From contig JAWQFM010000015.1 in assembly GCA_033442325.1 (NCBI GenBank), positions 58,794-122,793 of the forward strand: a DNA stretch of 64,000 nt. Direction: 5' to 3'. Within the stretch, counting starts at the first letter, position 1. Each line of letters opens with the position of its first letter. The translations under genes and the position numbers were made by a program. A model generated the notes under the pieces. The model was not told the DNA's origin and did not search any database. It saw nothing but the letters and a program-made list of their open reading frames with translations. Positions 50,358 to 64,000 of this stretch are shown piece after piece. Origin of the DNA: Salpingoeca rosetta. Taxonomy: Eukaryota > Protista > Choanoflagellata.

Positions 50358-51364
50358 CTATTGGGATTTGGTTGCTGCTGCCGTGACGTTCACTCGCTTC
50401 TGGTACCGTTGTGCTTCTTGGCGTGCGCAGTCCAAGAAGCCTTGCAACACGGGAGCACAGGCCGTGGCATTGTTCTCGTTTGCCGCCAGACACTTGTCAT
50501 AGGCAACAGCAATTCCGCGGTGATCGCCGCCAGCGCACGCTTTTGTGATATGCACGCTCACAGCCTCCTGCATTATGCGCAAGGTGGTGCGTGGGGCAGG
50601 GTAAGCATGAAGGGGGTCAGCGAGTGGTCGTGTGTCGGTAAACGTGTACAAGGCAACGCGTCTGTTGTCGTGCAATGAATGACAAAGCTGTTGACATGAC
50701 ATGTCAACACCTCTGCTCTCCTTTGCACATCTTCCAAGCGCTCACCTTCTTTGCTGCACAGTCTGAGAAGCGCGATGCCTCCTCCGCACAGTGACCGCGA
50801 CCAATTCCAAACTTGCGAACAAGCACAGCCACGTTATAGCGTATGAGAAGCACCAAAAGATGCCGATGTCGATTGGAGGACGAAAAGCAATGAACAATGC
50901 CGCGACAACAACAGATCAACAACAGAACCACAACAGATCAACAACAGATCAACAACAGAACCACAACAGATCAACAACAGAACCACAACAGATCAACAAC
51001 AGAACAAACTTACGCCCCACAGCTTCTGTGTGAACGAACTGGCACTGGCCACGCGATTTCTGCAGGTGTGCAGCTGCACCTCCTCGTCCTTCACAGCACA
51101 AACCAACCAAAGAATGTTAAGCAGTGTCAGTGGAGTGCACACACGCAATGTCAGTGGAGTGCACGCACACACGCAATGTCAGTGGAGTGCAAGCGCAGGC
51201 TCGAGTGCGCGTGTACCACTGCCGTCACCTCTCACAATGTGACCCGTGAACAGTGGATCCTCCCGCCAGCAGTTGTAACTCTCACGCACCTCGCATTGTG
51301 GCAGCAGCGCCGCAAATTTCTTCAGTGCATCTCCAAGCTCCTTTGACTTTGGGCTCGAGCCCAT
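50358..51364 (-). CDS. CHCHD5/Mix14-like mitochondrial intermembrane-space protein with CX9C motifs
   Basis: Spliced: MGSSPKSKELGDALKKFAALLPQCE|DEEVQLHTC (CX9C) ...|FGIGRGHCAEEASRFSDC (CX9C) AAKK|EAVSVHITKAC...YDKCLAANENNATACAPVLQGFLDC (CX9C) A. An alternative ATG lies at 51379. Confidence 0.75.
50905..51005. repeat. ACAACAGA(TCA/ACC) minisatellite in intron
   Basis: About 9 copies of an 11-bp unit. Confidence 0.85.
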
Positions 51365-51545
51365 CACAGGACAACCCATGTTTTCCCCGACAGCCAGCGA
51401 GGCGGATGAGTGGACGGTGCGATGCGACTTGCTTGCTTGCTTGCTTGTTGCCGTGCTTCTTGTTGGTTGTGTTTGCGTTGTCCTCCACGATTGCTGAATA
51501 GTTGCCGTATTTTCCACAAATCCTCTACAATCCTCATCGCTGATC

Positions 51546-53044
51546 ATGGCTGGTGGCAGCAGCAAGAAGCAGAGCAAGAAGCAAAGCAAGCACAGCAAGG
51601 GTGACAGCGTGCAGCTCAAGTTTGTGGATACGTCCACCAAGTTTGGCCACGCACGCTTCCAGCAGCAGCAGCAGCAGCAGCAGGGCGATGCTGTTGTGAT
51701 TGGCGAAGAGTCGTGCGTTTCGCCGGCTCTTGCTACGCTCAAGAGCTCCTGCAAGTGGCAGGTGAGTCACGGTGTGGGGAAAGGGGGCAAGCCACGTGTG
51801 CAGTTTGTTGATTCCTTCCATCCATCTCACACGCACACACACATACACACACGCACTCATGCGCATTCGTAGATTGGTCTGTTGGTTGGCGCCACTGTTG
51901 GGAACCGAACATATGTGCTGAGACTTGCACCAACGCCCATGGAGAACACAGAAGACAACGACGACGACGACGACGACGACGACGGCGGCGACGATGGTGG
52001 GTGCATGTGTGCGTGTGTGAATGTGCATGTGCATGTGCGTGTGAATGTGCATGTGCGTGTGCGTGTTTGCACTTGTGTGATATGTAGTTGGTGTCACCTT
52101 CCTTGCTCCTGTGAACGTTGACCGACCCTGTCTCTATGTTGTGCGCGTGTGCATGACCAGTGTGGACGCTGGCAGACGAGGACGCCATTCGGCAGCACCT
52201 GGACGCAACAGATGAGGAGTGGGTTCAGGAGCATCACCATCAAGGTGCGTGCATGCGCGTGCATGGTTTGGTTTTAGGTGCTAGTGCCCTGCACGTGTCA
52301 CATTGGGAAAGCGAGGCTTCTCGCCCTTGTCTCGCTTGGGGAGTGTGTGTGTGTGCATGTCGAGCTCACTTGCCCTTGCTTTGTTGATCGTTGCAGTGAG
52401 CAAGTGCTTGCCAGGCGGCTTGAGCATCGTCGGTGCATATGCGTTTGGACAGCCGCGCGCTCTGTTGGTGGACAAGCTCAAGTCCATGACAAACGTGGAC
52501 GTTGCGCTGTTCATCCCCGCCGACACGGTGGAGGTCGAGTGCTGGCGCACGGCGACAGGCGAGGTGTGCGTGGTCTGACGTGTGCATGTGCAGTGTGTGC
52601 ATCTGTGTGTGTGTGTGTGTATGTGTGCGTGTGCGCGCGTGTTTGCGTGTGTGTGCGTTTGCGTGTGTGCATCTGTGTGTGCATGTGTGAGCGTGCGTGT
52701 GTGCGTGTGTGCGTGCAGCGTGCGTGTGTGCGTGTGTGCGTGCAGCGTGTGCTGTGCACATCTACACACACACACATGTACACACTGCTTCCTTCAGCAG
52801 ATGTGGGCATCCATCAACTAACAGCACCATCTCTGCTCCCTTGCCTGCTGTAGAAGCTGAAGTGGAAGGTGCAGAATACGTTGCCCAAGTGGGCGCTGAT
52901 CCGGTCATCGTTCCAGCTCGACCTCCACTTTCCGCTCAAGCGGTCGAAGAAAGGCTTCATGTCTTCGCTTCGCACCGCCGTCGCAAAACAGGCACAGGTG
53001 TGTGTGTGTGTGTATGTGTGTGTATGTATGTGTTTGTGTGTATG

Positions 53045-53088
<44 letters not shown>

Positions 53089-54615
53089 GGTGATGTGCAG
53101 GTGACACAAGGTGTGGTGCATGTGTGAATGTGGTGCATGGGCGCTCGCTGGCATGTACCTCAACGCCTACGCCTTCACCATCAAACCCTCCTCATCCTCT
53201 TCCACCCTCCCCTCTTTGCCTTACCTCTCGCCCCAGCGCGTGCAATCGAGCTTGTTCACCATCAATGGTCGGCTCATATCCGACACTGACACCGCCCCAC
53301 TGCCGACCACCACGGGGCCACCAGCGCTCACCAACGCAGTCACGGTCAGTTGGAATGCAACTGTACATCGTGTTTGAATGTGATGTTGTGATGTTGTGAT
53401 TGAGTGATTGTGTGTGCAGTTGTGTGTGGGTGTGTGTGCAGTTGTGTGAGTGAATGCTCTTGTGTATGTTTCTCTCCTATTGTCAGGACGAGTTGTGCTG
53501 TATCTGTACGGTTGTAACCGAGAGCTGTGTGCGTGTGCCAGCGTCTGCTCTTCTGCACTCATCAACACACACACACACACACACACATTAATGCGACACT
53601 GCATTGCATCACATGTCACGTCCTTCCCATCTCCAAAGGCCACTGCACACTCGCTGTGCAGCGATGATCTCACGGCCAAGCGGGCGCCCAAGAGCAGCGC
53701 AACCACGCACCTCGCACACATCACCGGCACTCTCGCTGTCCTCGGTAGGAATCTCATGTACGCATGCCGTGACGCTGTGTGGGCGTGTGTGTGTGTATGG
53801 GTGTGCATGTGGTTGCATGTAAGTCTGAACGTGCATGATTTTGTTGTGCAATGGCCTTTTTGGCCTTTTTGCCAACCAACCAACCAACCAACCAACCAAC
53901 CAACCAACCAACCAACCAACCAACCAACCAACCAACCAACCAACCAACCAACCAACCCAATCCTTGCCCACCATCCATGTCCTCAGCGTACGCCCCGCCC
54001 AAGTGCAGCAGTGGCGCTGTTGCGATGGCGCTGCGCCACGATATTGCCCAGTCGCTCGCAGCCCGAATCGACACCATCGAGGACATACTCAACGGTCCGC
54101 ATCAGCATGGCGCGCGCGTGTGTGTGTATGTGAACGTGTGTGGATGTTGTATGGATGTTTATATGTGTTGGTGCGTCGATGTGCATGTGGCTTTGTGGTC
54201 ACGCACACACACGCACTCCACCTCAACCACTTGCGTTCACCACTCACGTTTACCCGCTTGTGTGTGCGCACGTTTACCCGCTTGTGTGTGCGCATCCACC
54301 ATCACGTCTTGACGCAGATGATGATGGTGGTGCTGACGCTGTGCAGTCGATTCCACTCCCGGCCCGCGTGGCGTTTGATGTTGACGGTGTTGTGTTCACG
54401 TGGCACGCATTCGCCGACGAGTCACAGCAGGTGCTGCTCTCTCTCACTCTCACACACACACGCACACTCACACCCACACCCACACACCCACACCCACACC
54501 CACACACTCACATTCACCAATACATGCTCACACATGCATACATGCACATATTTGTTTTGATCTCTTTACTTACAAGTGCTTACATCGAATCAATTAGTCA
54601 AAAACACACAAAGGA

Positions 54616-54655
<40 letters not shown>

Positions 54656-55069
54656 ACGTACGCGCACCAAAGACTCACTCCAAACACATACCACACACAC
54701 GCACACACACATACATTCACACACAAACGCACGCACATACAGGACATGCGTTCAATGTTGTCGAACGTGATTGGTGCTGTGGACTCCACACACGCACCGC
54801 AGGCCCTCGAGCAACACGCAGCACAACCAGCATCAGCTTCAGCTTCAGCATCAGCGTCAACATCAACATCAACGTCAACATCAGCATCGCAGACAACATC
54901 ATCACAGGCGGCAGCGTCAGCGGATGCGAGCAAGGCGGGCCATGCACGCCAGCGCGATGTTGCTGAGCACAGCGGTGGCAGTGGCGGGTCGATGGTGGTG
55001 GTGGTGGCTGGGATCGTGGTGGCGGTGGTGGCGGCACTGGTGGGCTGGTTTGTGGCCGTCGCAGAGTAG
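51546..55069 (+). CDS. ODR4: ODR4 homolog (tail-anchored ER factor for GPCR maturation)
   Basis: IGLLVG...[20 protein letters not shown]|[36 protein letters not shown], and C-terminal [27 protein letters not shown]. Confidence 0.85.
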
Positions 55070-55163
55070 TAGTACACACGTTCAACAAACGTCAAGAAAT
55101 GTGATTGGGTGTATGTTGGGTGTGTTGGCGTGTGTTGGGTGTGTGCATGTGTTGGCGAAGGTG

Positions 55164-55396
55164 TCAGCTGGCACGGTCTGATGCGAGGCGGGAGTAGACG
55201 TGCTCGGAGGAGCGGGGAGGAGTAGATTGCACCGACGTCTGCACATAATCGCAATCACCACAAGCCAGTTCACAGTCATGAGGGGGGGGGGGATGGGATG
55301 GTGAGGTACGGAGGGAGCAAGGAAGATCGTGCAAGTTTGAGGTACAGCCGAAGAATACATACATACATACATACATACATACATACATACATACAT

Positions 55397-55427
<31 letters not shown>

Positions 55428-56622
55428 CAGCCAACCACGTTGCAGACCATGTTGAGTGCAGAGTAGACGGGCTGGTCAGACGATGGTGGGGATGAGGATG
55501 ACGGCGGAATTGGGGGCAGTGGTGACGAGAGCACATCTGGCGGTGCACTGACGCGCTGGCGCCTCTTCTCCTCAATCTCAGCAGCAGTCACTCGTGTCTG
55601 CAAGCCCAAACACACGCACACACACATATGCACATGGGGGCGGGTATGGGAGATGAGAACACCAACGAATCGAACGAAACCGCAAGCCAGCTGGGTACGC
55701 ATGCACCGCATTCCGACAACCAGACTCTGACCACCACCGCCACCTTCACCACAACCCCTCGTCGTCAGTACCTGGGAGTGCGGGATGGAGTAGAGGGCGT
55801 GCGGGTCCTCCAGCTCGTGCTGCAGGTCGTGGTCGAGTTGCAGCTGGATCGACGTCTTCGGTCGCTGTCCTCGCCGCGTTGTGCCTCGACTCACCACCTG
55901 CCCCGCCCCCGTGGCCGTTCCTGGACCTTGATGCGCCACTGTGCCGTCACGCCTGCCGCCACCGCGGTGCGGGCTGCTTGTATCGAGCGATGTGTCCAGC
56001 GCCTGCGAGTAGTAGTGCCCCTCTTCCTCGTCAGGGTCACCTGCCTCTGCATATTCATGCTCTAATGCAGCAACTGTTGTTGCTGTCGTGCTGGCTGCTG
56101 TTGACGCTGATGTTGTCATGAGGGGGCGGCCGTAGTCCTGCACGAGTGTGCCATCATCGTTGTCGTCCTCGCTCGTGTCACCGTCGCTCTCAATCGCACG
56201 CGCGCGCTCGTCAATTCTTGCGTAAGCGACAGATTCCGGACTTTCGGTCCGCAGGGCCAGCTGCTCCAGGCGGCGGTTTGCAGCAATGTCCGGATCTTCC
56301 TCGTCCTCCTCCGCAGCAAAGTCGTCATCGTTGAGGAAGCGAACAGGCGCCGTGTCTGGTGGTGGTGGTGGTGGCGGTGGTGTTGTGGTTGCAAGTGCCA
56401 GTGCGAGTGTGAGTGTGAGTGAGTGTGAGTGAGTGTGGGTGAGTGTGGGTGAGTGTGATGGTGAGTGTGAGCGAGCGGGTGAGTGAGTGTACACACACAC
56501 ACACACACACATACATACATACGCGCTTCGCAAGCCAACATCCACAAGTTTGATGCACCACCTGCGAGCTGGCTTGCGACGGGTTGTGGCTCGAGATTCT
56601 TCTCAGAATAGCGGAAGGCAGC

Positions 56623-56670
<48 letters not shown>

Positions 56671-57980
56671 AAAGATATGTGAGCCGGTGCAGCAGCAGCC
56701 GCATTCCATCTGCCTTCCTTGACGCCCTCCGCCTTCCCTTCCCCCTCACTTGCTCGCACCTTACAGCCGCCGCTCGCCGATGCAAGGTTGCAGCACGTCC
56801 ACTTCCCGCGGAAGAACACGCCCGGGTGATACAGCTTGTGCTTTGAGGAGCGATTCTGGGGCAGCATGCACGCTGCACGCATGTGTGTGTGTGTATGCGT
56901 GTGGGCAGGTGTTTGGTGGTGAGAATGTTGGATGCTGAGTGTGTTAGCGTGGGTGTTCTTCCATCAGTGCATGTTGGTTGGTGTGCTATGTGGGGGCAGC
57001 CGTGCATGACAGCACTGCATATGGACAGTAGAATGTATGCACCTCTTCGAATATCCTCGATCCTTCGTGCGCGTGCGTGAGAGAGTGTGATAGTGTGAGT
57101 GTGAGTGAGTGAGTGTGGGAGAGTGAGAGAGTGGGGAGAAATGCAGGTTGAGTGGTGTGAGATGTAGCAAACTAATGGTGTTGGTCCAGGCACATGGGGA
57201 GCGCAGCGAAATGGTATTTTGATGGGCTCACCAATCTGCTAGCTGGGCACTGTTGGCAGCGGAAATGTACAGGGTCGCCTCATCGTGTACAACCTGAATG
57301 TCAGTCGATACGCGCGCGTGAGCTGTGAGCGCAAGTACTCTGTTCGATCGCGAGCTACTGCCTCGTACACGACCACATAGACACAGACACACCCAGCCAC
57401 CCACCCACACAAACACACACAGACACACACAGACACACACAGACACACACAGACACACACAGACACACACGACCACCCACCCACACACCCACCCACCCAC
57501 ACACACCCCCACACACACACCTGGATGAGGGAAGGTCTGTCCCAAACACTGCCATCGCATCGTTCACATGACCGAATGGACTGCAGTGGGATTGATCCTC
57601 TGAGTTTCAAGTCCTCCTAATCCCCGGATCAAACACAGGCAGTCACTTTGCAAGTGAGCAATCTCATGATGAAGGGAGGGAGAGAGGGATGCGAAGCGAC
57701 AAGCGCGATGCCAGATAGGATGGTGGGCACGATGGCAAGCATAGTGGCAGGCAGCCAAGCCGCCAGCAGCAAACACAGACACACACACAGACACACACAC
57801 ACACACTTACACACACAGACGAATACACACCGTGGCGACGCCCTTGTAGTAGTTGAGGCTGCTTGGGGTGAGCACAAACGTGCGCTTGCGGAAGGTAAAG
57901 TGCGTGATGGCGCTCTTGCCCTGTGCCCTCTTCTCAAGCACCCCGCGTCGAAGCCAATGCCTCGTGTCCTCATCCACCAT
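55164..57980 (-). CDS. PH plus Btk-motif (Tec-homology) protein without a kinase domain; tyrosine-motif-rich tail
   Basis: GVLEKRAQGKSAITHFTFRKRTFVLTPSSLNYY...LRGSIPLQSIRSCE...IQ|VVHDEATLYISA...W|IEDIRR (Tec-type PH). LYHPGVFFRGKWTCC...GGC (Btk Zn motif). Acidic tail with many Tyr motifs ending EHVYSRLASDRAS*. Confidence 0.85.
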
Positions 57981-58486
57981 CGCGCCGTTCTCGATGTTCA
58001 CTTGCTTGCTGGCTTGCTTGCTGCCTCGCTCGTTTGCTGTGTCGTCCTTCTTCTTTCTCCAGACACACCTTCCACCTCTTGCTCTTGACACACCTTGCAC
58101 CTCGTGTTCTTGACACACCGTCCGCCTTTCCACCTCGTGTTCTTGACACACCTTCCCTGCCTTTCGCTTCCTTCTCGACGCTGCCTTCTTGTCAATCCCA
58201 AACCACAGCAGCGCGCGCACCACAACGACAACGCTTTTGCCTTTGTGTCGTTTTGTCCTTGTCCTCCTCAGCATGCAATTTGCAAAGTTGCACAGCCTTG
58301 AGTACCACAATTTGCAAATGACGGGCATAATAATTTTTTGTTAATTTTGTTGTTGCGGGGGGCTTGTGGGCGAGTACCTGGTACCTCCAGTCAAAGTACG
58401 CGTGTGCAGAGTGCCTTTTTCCCCCTTCCGCACAGCACCAGCACCACCAACCCTCTCTCGGATACAACGCGCACGAGAACAGCATC

Positions 58487-60144
58487 ATGGCTGACGTCCA
58501 GGTTGAGGAGTTCACCGGCGAGGTCGACGTCGAGGAGACGGAGATGGTCCCTGTCGATACCGAGATGGAGCAGGTTGAGATCAAGATGTTCAACAAGTGG
58601 TCTCTCGACGACGTGAAGGTCGACGACCTCAGCCTTGAGGTGCGTCGTCCTCACTTGCACTGGCACGCGTGCTTGTTTCGTGCACCGCAAATGGGAACAA
58701 GGGAGGCACGTGGTGGTGGTGGTGGTGGTGGTGATGATGATGGTGCGTGCGCGCGTGTGTGCACACGGGGGTCGTGCCGATGAACTGCTGCAGCTGCGTC
58801 AGCAGTGAGCAGGGCAAGGAAGGTTGCCACGCAGCCATTGTTGTGGTTTGCGGTGACAGCCGTCCAAGCAGCACCAACACCACCACGCAGCATCAGCACG
58901 TGGCACACGCAACACAACTGTTTCATGTGGTCGATGGAAGAGGATGATTAGGGTGCAGCCTGCACAGCAGCGTTCCTGCCTCTGCATCAGCACTCGTCAT
59001 TTCGGTGTCTGTTCCCTCCCTCGTTTTTCTTTCCCATTCCCAACCACGATACGTTGACAAGACACTCACCCTCACCCTCGCTCCCTGTCTTCTGTTCTTC
59101 TTTTGTTATGCCTCGTTACTTTGTTGTTGTTGTTGTAACAGGATTACATTGCCACAAAGGACAAGGCTGCCCGCTTTGTGCCCCACACCGCTGGCCGCTA
59201 TGCCAAGCGCCGCTTCCGCAAGGCCCAGGTGTGTTGTTTTGTGGTGCCATAAATTGTGTTACTGCAGTGTTTGCTCCCGGATGGGCTGTGCCTTTGCTGC
59301 ACACGCTGGCCCTGTTCCACGCCTTCCGTTGACGCCGATTGGGAGAGATGGGTGTATACGTATTTGCCTTTGTTGTCACCTACACCACCCATTGTTGTCA
59401 CTTACACCACCCCTTGCTTCTTTCCTTTGGTTTGTTTGGCTGTGATAGTGCCCCATTGTGGAGCGCGTCGTCAACTCCATGATGATGCACGGCCGCAACA
59501 ACGGCAAGAAGCTCATGACCACCCGCATCCTCCGCCACACCTTCGAGATCATCCACCTCACCACCGGCGAGGTACGGAGGCAGCTCACTGCCCTTGAGAG
59601 CTTTTTTTGGGGAGGATAGGAGAGACAGGGTGGCGTGGCAGACGTGGTAGTATGGGAATTGTGGTTGGCGGTCTCCTTATGGCAAGCGAGAGCGCACCTG
59701 ACCCTCCAGCACGCACACACGCACTCTCTCACACACATATTTGTACGCACGTGCTTTCAACTCTTTCTCATCCTCACCCCTCATTCCACTCTTTTGTGTC
59801 CTCTGTCTTGTTGCTTGTGCAGAACCCCGTCCAGGTCCTCGTCAACGCCGTTGCCAACTCTGGTGCCCGTGAGGACTCCACCCGTATTGGCCGCGCCGGT
59901 ACCGTCCGCCGTCAGGCTTGCGATGTGTCTCCTCTCCGCCGCGTCAACCAGGCCGTGTGGCTCATCTGCACCGGCGCCCGTAACGCCGCCTTCAGAAACA
60001 TCAAGAGCATCGCCGAGTGCCTTGCCGACGAGATCATCAACGCCGCCAAGGTGATTCGCTGCTGTTCATTCTTGTTCATGTTTGTGTGCGTGCTTGGTGG
60101 TGTTGTTGTTGGTGTTGTTGTTTAAGTTGTTTAAGTTGTTTAAG

Positions 60145-60233
<89 letters not shown>

Positions 60234-60586
60234 GNNNNNNNNNNNNNNNNNNNNNNNNNNNNNNNNNNNNNNNNNNNNNNNNNNNNNNNNNNNNNNNNNN
60301 NNNNNNNNNNNNNNNNNNNNNNNNNNNNNNNNNNAAAAAAAAAAAAAAAAAGTAAAAGGGTAAAAAAGTGATGTTGTTGTTGTTGTGGTACTCGATACCG
60401 TTGTTGCTCGTCGGTGATGTGGCGCTGTGTTGGCTTCGTTGTTGCCACCTTTGCCAACACCTGCACGTTTCTGATTTGCTCATGGCTTTCTCCCGACACC
60501 CTTGACTGTGCCTGCAGAACTCGTCCAACTCCTACGCCATCAAGAAGAAGGACGAGCTCGAGCGTGTTGCCAAGGGTAACAGGTAA
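58487..60586 (+). CDS. RPS5: 40S ribosomal protein S5 (uS7)
   Basis: [16 protein letters not shown]|CPIVER...[54 protein letters not shown]|[22 protein letters not shown]. Confidence 0.98.
60235..60334. other. Assembly gap (100 N) inside RPS5 intron
   Basis: Run of N between a (TTG)n tract and poly-A. Confidence 1.
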
Positions 60587-60979
60587 AGGGACTGTTGTGC
60601 CACAAGCAGAACCGGCAGGCATTGTGTCTCTGTGCGGATACTCCTCGCTCCCCGTGCCCTGCTGCGTTTCCCGTTGTTGTTCAGTTCCATACACATTGAA
60701 ATAACAGCCGTTGGGGTTAACGCCAGCAGGAATCCTTTGAAATCCGTGTGCGTGCCATGTCGTGTGTGTGTGTGTGTTGGGGGGGGGGGTTGGTTGGTTG
60801 GTGGAGAAGCAGCAAAGGGCGAGGTGCAGTTGTTGTGGGGGTGGGGTGTGTATGTTTGGGAGATGCAAAGGCTACGGAGTTTATCTGGTGACGAAAGGGG
60901 AGCAGTTTATTTGGTGCACACCAACACAAAGCGTTGCAGACACAGACACAAGCACAAGCATGGGGCGAGAGAGATGCTG

Positions 60980-63693
<2,714 letters not shown>

Positions 63694-63894
63694 CTTGGCC
63701 CTGTGTGTGTGTGTGTGGAGAAAGAGAATGCGGGCACAGTTTTGCTGCTGTTGATGTGTGTTGTTGGTGTTTTGGAGGAAGGACAACAAGCCCATCTCAC
63801 AGGCAGTCACCTCAGCATCGCAGCAGTCACATCGCAGCAATCGCAGCACAGCAATCACAGCAGTCACTTGACTTCGAAGGCAAGACTGGACGAG

Positions 63895-63984
63895 ATGGGG
63901 GTGGACCTAGTGTGGCAGATTGTGGCGCTGGGATGTTGCTTCCTATGCATCATGGCTGCCTTCCAAACATCCTCCTTCTTCCAG
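63895..63984 (+). CDS. First exon of an UNC-93/MFSD11-like MFS membrane protein (continues beyond window)
   Basis: MGVDLVWQIVALGCCFLCIMAAFQTSSFFQ followed by a GT donor and (GT)n. Resembles the UNC-93-like N-terminal LGxxFxxxFTAFQT pattern. Confidence 0.6.
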
Positions 63985-64000
63985 GTCTGTGTGTGTGTGT

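Noticed and set aside
51125-51192. Three copies of TGTCAGTGGAGTGCA in a CHCHD5-like intron
   Set aside because: Short local tandem repeat without evidence of function.
58640-60517. Possible intronic snoRNAs in RPS5 (CTGA plus GGAGG/CCTCC stem at about 59611-59707; GTGATGT...CTGA at about 60414-60474)
   Set aside because: No canonical C box at the right position and no rRNA complementarity recognisable by eye. A snoscan/Infernal run would be needed.

Overview
Gene-dense, intron-rich eukaryotic DNA with GC-rich exons and introns packed with (GT)n/(CA)n and other microsatellites. This style, plus animal-like signalling genes, suggests a choanoflagellate such as Salpingoeca rosetta (inference). 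Most six-frame ORFs are repeat noise. Splicing exons by hand at GT..AG sites gives about 17 genes: a 5'-truncated multi-PDZ protein (+), CCDC33-like (-), a D/D-domain protein (+), Sec10/EXOC5 (-), eIF2-alpha (+), a GT-A/fucosyltransferase fusion (-), kinesin-1 heavy chain (+), WRAP53/TCAB1 (+), RRP40 (-), NAGPA (+), KNL1/Spc105 (+), CHCHD5/Mix14-like (-), ODR4 (+), a kinase-less PH-Btk-motif protein with a tyrosine-motif tail (-), RPS5 (+), RRP45 (-) and the first exon of an UNC-93/MFSD11-like gene (+). The most notable observations are the Tec/Btk-type PH-Btk adaptor without SH3/SH2/kinase, and a KNL1 with 13 strictly alternating A/B MELT-like repeats, each led by an RKSIAF-type motif, plus an N-terminal ABBA-like motif. 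Also notable are the bifunctional glycosyltransferase, very tight head-to-head gene pairs, and several tandem duplications that may be assembly artefacts. Exon boundaries were inferred by eye and family assignments come from recalled motifs, not database searches.
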